Assembly: GCA_963833985.1 (NCBI GenBank)
Contig: CAWIAD010000002.1
Location: forward strand, 352,001 to 416,000
Direction of reading: 5' to 3'
Source of the DNA: an uncultured Planctomycetaceae bacterium
GTDB lineage: Bacteria; Planctomycetota; Planctomycetia; Isosphaerales; Isosphaeraceae
DNA length: 64,000 bases
The position numbers and the translations under genes were made by a program. Below, one piece after another: positions 40,556-50,130 of the stretch. Below the pieces are notes generated by a model that saw only the letters and a program-made list of their open reading frames with translations, was not told the origin of the DNA and did not search any database. How positions within the stretch are numbered: the first letter of the stretch is position 1; every line of letters starts with the position of its first letter.

Positions 40556-40825
40556 GATCAGGATACCTCCTCCACATCCCTATTCGGACGCTCCTCGCCG
40601 ATATTGGGTCGCACCCGACGGTTTCTTCCCGATCTTCCCCGCGGCCGGGCAGCCCGTCTTGGCATTGCCCTTCCACCAGGATAACCGCTGACGCGCGCGG
40701 CGAGAACAGCCCGCAGCGCAAATTCCAGGTGAAGTCCCGGTAATCGACTCTTGCGCGTCCCTCTCTCAGCTTATACGCGAGATGAGTTCCATCCTTTCAC
40801 GGGAATCTCATCGGGTCTCGCATTC

Positions 40826-42013
40826 TCAGCGGCCGGAGGCGTCCACTTCGATGCTGTTTCCTGCGACCCGGACGACCCTGGCCCAGGTGATCTGGTCCGC
40901 GAAGCGCTGCACATCGACCGAGCCCTCGAAGCCTATCCGATACATGGACAACGGACCGCCAGAGCCGGAGTTCGAGAGCTGATACCCGCTGGAAACGCGC
41001 CTGATCAGCTCCGTCAGCCTGTCCGCGAACTGCCTGGCGGCCTCCCGGTTGCTCAGACCGGAGACCATCACAACAATCGAGTACGCCATGACCGGCTGCT
41101 GGACGCCCGGCGGCGGTGCGGGCGATTGCGCCGGCGGGGGTTCGAAGCCCGAGGGCGGACCAGGGGCTGGTCGCAGAAAACCCGGCGGCACTTCGGCAGG
41201 ATCGCCGGCACCCGAGAACCCAGCCGGGAGGGCCCCGTCCTGCCGATCGATGTTGTGCCTCATCGCATTGAGTCCTGGCAGCGCGATGGCCATGACGATC
41301 ACCACACCGAAGGACGCGATGTAGCTCAGGAAGGGGCCCTTCATGGCATCCCATTCCCTGATCGTGTACCCAAGGATGTAGAAGGGGCAAAACCAGCAGA
41401 GCAGCCCGGTCAAGAGACCGTCGCTGAAGGGCACGATGATGACCCCGGCTGCCCCGTAGAGAAAGAGCACCAGGAACGACAGCACCCCACCGCCAAAGAA
41501 GAGGTACGCCCCGGCAGCCGGGCTGATGAGGGTGAGCAGAAAACCCAGGGCGAGCACGGCGAGTACACCGAAGTAGACAAACCCCGGCAGACCATCGAAT
41601 AAGGAGCCCCGGTCGCGACTTGCCCAGGAGCTTCCCTTGCTCTTTTGCCCCGGTGAGCTTGCCGGGGCCCGGCGGGGGAGCACCGGCGCATCGTATTCAT
41701 TGTCGACTGACGGAAGCGCGGGGGCGGCAACCGGGCCGACCGGCACGTCGTTCAGGCCGTACGGGTCGTCCACGGCTGAATCTGGGATGGATGGCGAGGG
41801 CAAGGAAGGACGCCGTTCCGCGGCCCCACGAGTCTTCCCCGACGAACTCGCTGAGGCGGCCACCGGCGCCGCCCCCCGCGGCGGACGGACGGTCGATGGC
41901 GTCGGGATGACGAAAACGTGACCGCACCCGCTGCACCGGGCCTTCTTGCCCGAAAGAATGCTGTCTTTCTGAAACTTCTTTCCGCAACTGGAGCACGAAA
42001 ACACGATCTGCAT
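40826..42013 (-). CDS. Zinc-ribbon plus multi-TM membrane protein of unknown function
   Basis: CSSCGKKF...CSGCGHVF, Pro-rich linker, about four TM segments, Pro-rich linker, small C-terminal domain. Confidence 0.8.
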   Translation of the reverse strand: MQIVFSCSSCGKKFQKDSILSGKKARCSGCGHVFVIPTPSTVRPPRGAAPVAASASSSGKTRGAAERRPSLPSPSIPDSAVDDPYGLNDVPVGPVAAPALPSVDNEYDAPVLPRRAPASSPGQKSKGSSWASRDRGSLFDGLPGFVYFGVLAVLALGFLLTLISPAAGAYLFFGGGVLSFLVLFLYGAAGVIIVPFSDGLLTGLLCWFCPFYILGYTIREWDAMKGPFLSYIASFGVVIVMAIALPGLNAMRHNIDRQDGALPAGFSGAGDPAEVPPGFLRPAPGPPSGFEPPPAQSPAPPPGVQQPVMAYSIVVMVSGLSNREAARQFADRLTELIRRVSSGYQLSNSGSGGPLSMYRIGFEGSVDVQRFADQITWARVVRVAGNSIEVDASGR

Positions 42014-42561
42014 GGCTCACCTGAAGCAGCGTGTGGTCCGCAAGGCCTGGCCGCCCTCGTGACCGTAATGGTTGGATCGAGCGAGCGATTGCGGGGCGAA
42101 TTGTAGCAGCCGGGACATTCCAGGAACAAGCACGCAGGCCATCAGTGATTCGACAAAGCGACAGGCCCGCGCTCTGACCGCGCGGCATGCCCCTTGCGCG
42201 AGCGATAAGGACCGGACCGCTCCACCTGGCCGACGGCTCACGTGGGCCAGAAACAGCGCTCGACTGGTCCAGCCATGCAAGGAGATTCTCCTCGGCTTCA
42301 GGAACCACCGGGCGGGCCGTTGGGGCCGGGGACAACATCGGTATAAGATCACGTCATTAAATCTTCACTTTTTACAAGTTTGGTATCTCGTCCCACAAAA
42401 GGGAGAATCGGGGGTTGCTGATCTGAACCTGGCACGCCGCGCCGTGCTTGAGAACGCGCAGCTTGAACCAGCCTGGCACCAACAAAATGCGCGGGAACAG
42501 GTCGGGCATTGCGGCGCGCCAGTGAGCCTGAGCGGCCCTTCCTGGCACAAATCGCAGCCGA

Positions 42562-43071
42562 TCACCGCGACTTCAATCGTTTCCTGATCTGCTCTGGCCG
42601 GGCTCGCTTCGCGCGTGCTTCGGTATGCGGCCGTTGCCAGGACTGCTTGCGTTCCGGCTTTGCCTTGACCATGTCGTAATGCCGTTTCAGCCGCTCCACG
42701 TAGGCAGCGTCCGGCAAGATCACCGACTGGAAGAGGTCGAGGAAGTCTTCCGCATACTCCGACTGCTCCCAGATCGGGTCGAGGAACAGCTCCAGGCTCG
42801 TTCCGGCAACCGCAAGCGGACGGGATCCTTGCTCCAGCTTGAGACCCGGATCCCAGGAATAGCTGATGGACGCCCAGATCTTTCCCGGAGTTGATTCCTC
42901 GACCACCCTGATCAGCACACGGCGGCAGTGGCAACCCACTTCATCACAGTACATCTCCAGGAACGCGTACCGGCCGGGAGGCGGCGCTTCGCCATCCCCC
43001 GGTCCCTCAAGGATCACCACACGCGTCTCTCGCGGTCCGATGTCCGGGAACCGTTTCGAGAAATAAGCCAT
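42562..43071 (-). CDS. Conserved hypothetical protein (Cys-containing)
   Basis: GGAGG RBS; YAFLEMYCDEVGCHCRRV, ISYSW, LDP...QS, YVERLKRHY. Confidence 0.75.
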   Translation of the reverse strand: MAYFSKRFPDIGPRETRVVILEGPGDGEAPPPGRYAFLEMYCDEVGCHCRRVLIRVVEESTPGKIWASISYSWDPGLKLEQGSRPLAVAGTSLELFLDPIWEQSEYAEDFLDLFQSVILPDAAYVERLKRHYDMVKAKPERKQSWQRPHTEARAKRARPEQIRKRLKSR

Positions 43072-43231
43072 CATGGCTGGGTCCTCCAGTTCTTACCCGA
43101 TGAATCTTCAAGCAATGATGTGTGAGTTCCGGTCCATTGCGGACGCACGGCACCTTCGGATATACCATAATCGAAGCGACCAGTTCGACTGGAAATCGGC
43201 CCAGCACGGCCGTCGGCGGAGGCTCCGGCTG

Positions 43232-44323
43232 ATGAGATTGCTGTTCGACGGCCACCTGGACCTGGCCTGGAACGCCCTGTCCTGGAACCGGGACATCACG
43301 CAGGATCTCGACTGGCTGAACCGCGGTGAGATCGGAATGACCGACCATCCGTCGCGGGGGCGGGCGACGACGACGCTGCCCGAGCTGCGCAGGGCGGGCG
43401 TCGCGGTCTGCCAGGCGACGCTGCTGGCACGGGCCAAGCCGGAAGTGCGCCGGCCGGAGGGCCATGCTCGCAACAGCCTGGACTTCGCCTGCCAGGAGAT
43501 TGCCTCGGCCACGGCCCGTGGGCAACTGGCCTACTACGAGCTGCTGGAACGCAGGGGGCTCGTGCGCATGATCCGCTCCCGCTCCGAACTGGACCAGCAC
43601 TGGGAGCGCTGGCGGGCCGGCGACGGTGACGGCGACGAGCCCATCGGCTACATCCTGGCGATGGAGGGTGCCGATCCCATCGTCGAGCCGGGCCAGGCCG
43701 TCGAGTGGTGGAACCTGGGCCTGCGCTCGGTGAACCTGGCACATTACGGCAAGAGCCGCTACGCGGTCGGCACGGGCGACGACGGTCCGCTCTCTCCGGA
43801 GGGCGTGCAACTGCTCAAGGAGTTCGAGCAACTGGGGATGATCCTCGATGCGACTCACCTTTCCGACACCAGCTTCCACCAGGCGCTCGCCATCTTCCAT
43901 GGACCCGTGCTGGCCAGCCACAATAACTGCCGGGCCCTGGTTCCCGGTGACCGGCAGTTCAGCGACGCACAGTTACGCTTGCTCATCGAGCGCGACGCCG
44001 TCATCGGTGCGGCGCTCGACGCCTGGATGCTCTTTCCTGGCTGGGTGCGCGGAGAAACCTCGCGCGATGCGGTGAACCTCGAGGCGGTCGCGGACCAGGT
44101 CGACCACGTCTGCCAGCTTGCCGGCAATCACCGGCATGCCGCGATCGGCAGCGATCTCGACGGCGGATTCGGCACCGAGCAAAGCCCGCTGGGCATGGAC
44201 CGAATTTCCGATCTTCAGCGGCTGGATGAGATCCTCGCGCGGCGCGGCTATGCCGCGGAGGCGATCGATGCGATCTTTCACGGCAACTGGATTCGCTTTT
44301 TCCGCAAGAATTTGCCCTTCTGA
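43232..44323 (+). CDS. Membrane dipeptidase (M19 family)
   Basis: DGHLDLAWNA, MEGADP, DATHLSD, SHNNCR, HVCQLAG, IGSDLDGG. Confidence 0.93.
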   Translation: MRLLFDGHLDLAWNALSWNRDITQDLDWLNRGEIGMTDHPSRGRATTTLPELRRAGVAVCQATLLARAKPEVRRPEGHARNSLDFACQEIASATARGQLAYYELLERRGLVRMIRSRSELDQHWERWRAGDGDGDEPIGYILAMEGADPIVEPGQAVEWWNLGLRSVNLAHYGKSRYAVGTGDDGPLSPEGVQLLKEFEQLGMILDATHLSDTSFHQALAIFHGPVLASHNNCRALVPGDRQFSDAQLRLLIERDAVIGAALDAWMLFPGWVRGETSRDAVNLEAVADQVDHVCQLAGNHRHAAIGSDLDGGFGTEQSPLGMDRISDLQRLDEILARRGYAAEAIDAIFHGNWIRFFRKNLPF

Positions 44324-44418
44324 GCGATGGTCCCGTGAGACGGGCTCGGAATTCCGGGTCCTTCCTGGCGTTTCATTGCCAGGCTTGCGGCGCGGTGGAG
44401 AGCGCACCGGAGGTCTTC

Positions 44419-47400
44419 GTGGGCGAGATGGATGCAATCCCGGCCGACTGGTGTGAGCAGGCGCAGGAGCTTCTGGCGGCCGCCGAACGAGGCCAGGGCA
44501 AGCCGCTGACCGATCTACTAGACCAGCTCGCAGAGGGCATCCGCCTGCGGCGTGCTCTCGATCAGCGAGCGCCCGAAGCCCCCACAGAGACCGCGCCGAG
44601 CCATCCAGAGGCGGCTCTTCGAGCTGCGACGGGCCATCGCCGCTGAGATTTCCAGTCGCGAGGTCGAGCCGGACGAGCGTTCGGAGCTCTCTGGTCGAGT
44701 GAAGGCGTGGTTGGCCGAGGCGCGGATCACGCTCCGGAACCTGGTGAGCGACCATGCGCTGGACGCGCTGGCTCGAGCGCTTGCGATCGACGGTTTGCGG
44801 ACCGACCTGGAATGGCTCGGTATGCTGGTAACCTGGCTTGACCGGGAAACGCCTCCGGGCCGGATGGCGGCGCTGGATGTTGAGCTGGAACGGATTCGCA
44901 ACGGCCTGGCCGTCTGGCCTGAGCCGCAACGGAAGCCCGACGACCGCCGCGAGGCCCTGCTGCGGCGTTGCGATCGTTTGCGGGGTGTGCTGCTGGAGCG
45001 GCGGATCCGTTCCGAACTGGAGAGACCGGCTGCCGGCGAAACCCCCGAGCAACTGCTCGGCCAGCGTCTCGAGTTTTCCCGGCTGCAAGCGCGGGTGCTG
45101 GCTCTTGAGGAGCCAGACGATGAAGCACGCCCGAAATGGCTGGGCGGCGACCCCGAGCAATGGGCCGACGCGCTCTCGGTGCGGCGGATCGAGCTGTCCG
45201 TCCGGGCCGCGAGCCAGCTCGAGGCGATGAGCCTGGCCGAAGCCCGTCGCCACTGCGAGCGAGCCGCCCAGCGCGCACGCGACGAGGTCAGTGAGATGAT
45301 CGCGTTCGTGCAGGACATGCCCCTGCGCCGGGCCGTGAGCCGGCTGGAGCTGGCGCGGCAGGATCTCCAGCAACTCGCGGTCATCCTTCGCCGCCGTGCG
45401 GGTTCACCGCGCTCCGAGAGCGGCCAGGACGACGAGGACCCGAACGTCCCCGGCGGGGCGCGGCGTGCCGCTTCGCCGCACGATTCAGGCGAAGCTGAGA
45501 TTGCTCGCCAGCGGATTCGCCACCAGGCCCTCGAGCTCAAGAAGGCGGACCGCAGGGTGCGCGGCGAATGGCAAGAGCGGCTACTGGCATTCCGGCTGGC
45601 AAGCGTGCTGGGGACGCGCGTCGCGAGGTTGATCGAGACGGCCGTGCTCTGGCTCATTCTCTTGCTGGTCGGCCTGATCACCGCGGAATGGCTGCTCGAT
45701 CGCGCCGGATTGCTTCTGGACAGCCATCGCCGCTGGCTGGCCTGGGCGGATCTTGCCGTCTGCTCGGCCCTCCTCCTGGAATTTGCCCTCCGGCTGGCTC
45801 TTGCCCCGCGCAAGGGGGTCTACCTGCTGCGCCATTTCGTCCTCGATGTCCTCGCCTCACTTCCGTTCGGCTTCCTTGCCTACCAGTCCGCCGTGGCCGA
45901 GCTGGGGACGGCACCCGGAACGGACGCAACGTTTCTCTGGTTCCTCAAGGCCCTGCAAGTCGGCCGGCTCGTGCAACTGGTACGGTTTCTCCGCCTCACG
46001 CTTCCGGTCCTCAGGCTCGCGCGGCTGGTCCTTTTTTTCCTCAGGCTCGGCGACCGTCTCGTGAGCAAGTACGCGGGGCTATTGAACCGCAACATCATCC
46101 TCTTCGAGCCCTATCACGCACAGCGGCCGGAATCGAGCGATCGGCACCGCCTGGCGGCCCTGCGCGGCGAGCAGGAGCATGCGGCCTGGGCCCTGGCGGC
46201 ACGACTGGACGCCGGCCAGCGCGCGCAGCTTGCCGCCCGAGCCCTGGCCGATCTGGACATCCGCATCGAGACCCAGCCGTTCGAGGTCCCTGGCAGCGAG
46301 GGTGCGGAGCACGAGCCGGGTGAGGGCGTGGGCCGCGACGTTCCCGTGGAGGCGCTCGTCGATCGGCTGATCCAGCTCAGCCCGGAGGGACTCGTCGAGC
46401 AGATGGGACCGGCGTTCGTCACCTCGGCCGATCGTTACCTGCGGCTGCTGGACGTGCCGCTTGTGCGGCGCATGCGGGTGATCCGCAACCTTGTGGCATA
46501 TCGCCAGAAGAGCCCGGCGGAAGCCGTCGCCCTGGCCGCTAACTACGTCGGCCATCTGCTCCAGCGCATCCTTGACGTCGTCTACTTTCTGGCCGACCTG
46601 GAGGGAACGCTGTCGCCGCCGGTCTTCCTTGACCGCCTGGGAGCGACGATCGAGAGCGCGACCCGCACGCCAGCCAGGCGTTTACTCTGGATGGGGTCAG
46701 CCTTCCTGTCACTCTTCGTCGTGGTCAATAGCGTGGGTTTCCTGAAGCCCTTTCGGGGCTTTGTCGACCGGCTTCAAGACTTGCTCGGCTGGCCGGTGAT
46801 CGTCCTGGGTGGTTTCTGCCTGATCTTCTGGCTGCTCGGCTCATGGTTCCGGAAGATCGCCAACCAGTCGGCCGACCATTGTGAGCGGGTGGTCGAGGCG
46901 CAGTTCGCCGCCCAGACCAAGAACCTGAAGTCCCGCCGTCGCGATCAGGACGCGCGGTTCCTGGCCGAACGCGTCATCGATCCGGAACTGTTGCTGAGAT
47001 CGTCCGATAACTCGTTACCGGACCTCTATCGTGGTCATAGCGAGGCCGGGCCCGAATCCACGGGCCGTCTGCTCTTCGAGAACCGCGAGCTGATCTTTCT
47101 GAGGAACATTCGCCTGCTCTATCAGGATTACCTCGACGGCTCGCCCTTTCACCGCAGCGACACCAGGGCCTCGGTGCAACTGCTGGGCAACCTGGCGCTG
47201 GCCAACTTGCGGCGCAGCCACCTGGGCCACCTGCTGCGCGAGGGACGCGCCCTGGACCGCCTTGATCTCAGCCGCGCCGGGCGACTCTTCGGCGGGCCCT
47301 ACCTCTGGTTCAACTACATCACCCGCATGATTGTCCAGGAGACGGCGATCCTGCTCCTGGATTACAACCAGCACGCGATCCCCCTGGACCGCCTGGCCTG

Positions 47401-48882
47401 CTCGCCGCCGGAGACCCGGCACAGCTTCGCCTGCTGGCTGGCGCGGCGCTTGCGGATCGATCCGGGCGAGGTTGTCCTCCCCGAACTGGCCGTCCCCGGG
47501 GCTGAAGACGCGGCTTCATCGGCCGAATGCCATGCGCGTTCCCGGCGCGCCGAGGCGGACGACTTCCTCGAAACCGTGGAGTTCACCGCGATGGACTTCC
47601 TGGCCGACGACCCCCAGCGCGACGCGGGGATTGCGGCCCGCTTTGGCCTCCAGCTCGCCGAGCTCGTACGCAGGGACCGGCAGCAAAATGTCCGTCGCGC
47701 ATTCCGCAGCTTCCCGCTCCATGAGCTCCCCCTGGCGCAGCGAACGATCAACCTCTACGCCTTCTATGAGGCATACCTGTCGCACGGCAGGATCGTCTTC
47801 TTCCCGTTTCTTGTCGCGGGCGCCGCGGGACAGGCCGTCCTGACCGCCTACCGCGCGGTGCGGCGCGGCGTGCGCGAGATCCTTCATCCCAGCGTCGACC
47901 AGGATGACGACGTGCCCGCGGATACGTACTGGGCGGCGCTGCGCAAGATCCACCGCATGCGCAAGCCCGTGTTCATGGGCACGCTCTGGCTCCGCGCCGA
48001 TTCGACCCCGAATATCTCGGCCTGCCTCTGCCCACCGCGCCGCCCGGAATCGCCGCGCATTCACTGATGGAGAGCGACCTCGATTTCATCGGCGCCTCAC
48101 GGCAGGACCGCATCATCGCCGAGCAGATCCGCACCGGCCACCAGCGCCGGCTACGCTGGATCGGTCGCTGGCTCCAGCAGTTCGGCTGGACCTTCGACAC
48201 CCTGCCCGGATACCTCGCCCGCGAGATCCCCTACCTTGCCAACCGGGGCGGAGAAGGCCTTCGCGCCCTGGTGACGGCCTGCGTGCTCGACCACGACGAC
48301 ATCACCAGCCTGGCCTTCTCCATCGAGGGCCTGAAGCGCGTGCTGGCCCACGGTGCCGACGCCGCGCTGGACGGGCAGGCGCTGCCGCCCGGCTTGCCCG
48401 ACCCGGTGGTGAACCTGCGCAAGCTCTGGCATCCTGTGCCGGCGCGGCGCCGCCCGCTGAGCGACCTCTTCCGGCTGGCTTGCTTTCCCGCTTACGGTCC
48501 GCAGCAGCAGGCTCGCATTCTTGCCTATCTGCACCGTCACCGCCGTGCGGTGCGCGGCTGGATTCACGTCATCCTGGGCCAGGCCGGCGACGATCCCTGG
48601 ACCACCGTGCAGAGCCGCATGCGCGAGGTGCTCTTGCGAACGGACCTCTGGAGCGACCAGGTGCTCGTCTTGAGAGCGGTGCAGACGCTGACCATGCTCG
48701 ATGTCCAGCACAATTGCGACCTGGTCTGGAGCCTGGGCGGGTATACGCTGCCGGCCTCCGATGCGGCCGCGGCCAGCGGATCTTTCACCAGGGAGCCGGC
48801 CGAGGAGAGGCAGGTCCCGGAGCGCGATTTCCCGAGAACGGTTGCCGCCGGGAACACGCCGGCAGCAGCCGGAGTGCAGTGA
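44419..48882 (+). CDS. Very large membrane protein with an Ion_trans S1-S4-like segment (apparent frameshifts near 44550 and 48000)
   Basis: ORFs 44335-44646, 44552-48067 and 48067-48882 join up. TM block LIETAVLWLI...DLAVCSALLLEFALR...DVLASLP...GRLVQLVRFLRL..VLRLARL. Confidence 0.7.
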
Positions 48883-48917
48883 TTGGATGGTCGTCGGGTG
48901 GATCAGTCTGGGTCGGA

Positions 48918-49862
48918 TCAGCGCGACTCGCCGGCAAGAACGGGGGTTTCCTCCACGGCACGGCCGGGCGGTACGGCCTGGGCGACCTTCTGGACGCAGA
49001 CCCGCTGCATGTCCCTGAAGTTCAGATAGAACTTCCAGTTTCGCAGGCCGAGCCGGTCCGAGATTCGATCCAGCCGCCACTTGAGCTTGGGGCTGCGGCT
49101 GATGACTCCTACATTGTAGAGCAACCGTTCCGCCGTGAGCGATCGGCCCACGTAATCAAGCCGCACCGTCTTGAAGCCTGCGGCTTCATAGAGGTTCTTG
49201 AGCGACTGCGTGGTGAAGAAATAGATATGACCGATGCAGCCGAGGCTCCGCTCCCGGCGGCCGAGGAGCTTGAACATCAGGGTGTCATAGCGCGGAGTCT
49301 CGATGACGAAGTGCCCTCCCGGCCTGAGGATCCGGTGGACCTCCCGGAGCGTCCGCAGGGGATCGTCGATGTGCTCGATGACGTGATTCAGCAGGACCAC
49401 GTCGAACGATTCATCGGCGAATCCGGCCGTTTCCAGGATTGCGTTCTTGACGTCAAGCCCGAGCTCCTCGCGGGCATGGCGGCAGGCCTGATAGAAAGGC
49501 TCCACGCCCGTGACGTCCCAGCCGTCCTTCCGAAAGACATCCATCAGGTAACCCAGGCTGCTGCCGACTTCCAGCAGATGTCCGCGCTGCGGGTAGAGGC
49601 CGTTCAGAAGGGCACGCGTCCTGTCGTAATCCTTGACCTGGAGCCGCTCCTTGAGAACCCGGCTGTCCCCGGGATGGAAGGGGTCGTACTCCGGGTCGTA
49701 GTGGGCGATCTCGACGTGATCGGGTTCCTTCGCGCGTGGACTGGCGTACATGAGTCCGCATCGGTTGCAGCGCACGATACGGTTCGGCTGGGCAACTCCC
49801 GCCTCGAAGAGCACGGTGGCGTCATCCACTCCACAGTAATTGCAGGGCACGGCATCCGACAT
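48918..49862 (-). CDS. Class I SAM-dependent methyltransferase with N-terminal CxxC pairs
   Basis: CNYC/CNRCGL, LLEVGSSLG, FDVVLLNHVIEH, LRPGG. Confidence 0.9.
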   Translation of the reverse strand: MSDAVPCNYCGVDDATVLFEAGVAQPNRIVRCNRCGLMYASPRAKEPDHVEIAHYDPEYDPFHPGDSRVLKERLQVKDYDRTRALLNGLYPQRGHLLEVGSSLGYLMDVFRKDGWDVTGVEPFYQACRHAREELGLDVKNAILETAGFADESFDVVLLNHVIEHIDDPLRTLREVHRILRPGGHFVIETPRYDTLMFKLLGRRERSLGCIGHIYFFTTQSLKNLYEAAGFKTVRLDYVGRSLTAERLLYNVGVISRSPKLKWRLDRISDRLGLRNWKFYLNFRDMQRVCVQKVAQAVPPGRAVEETPVLAGESR

Positions 49863-50130
49863 GGCAGGGTTCCTCGAGGCCGGGAATGGTGGCAGCAGTC
49901 ACGATGCTGACATCAAGCCTAGAAAATCGTACTGCGCGCGGCCGCCTGAACGGTAGACAACTTGCTGGCCATGCGCCGGCAGGGTGCTCATGACCGACGA
50001 CAGGGGCCAGGCCGTCGGCAAGATCGGCCGTGATCGGCCGCGCCATCTCGAAGAATCGAAGGTAATACCATGATGCAAGATACGCAAACCGGTCCGGAAC
50101 ACCGCGGGACGCTGCTGTTTACGAAGGACC

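Noticed and set aside
42365..42560. Cys-rich small protein or RiPP precursor
   Set aside because: It is part of an ORF overlapping a better-supported gene, has no clear start or RBS, and has no modifying enzymes nearby.
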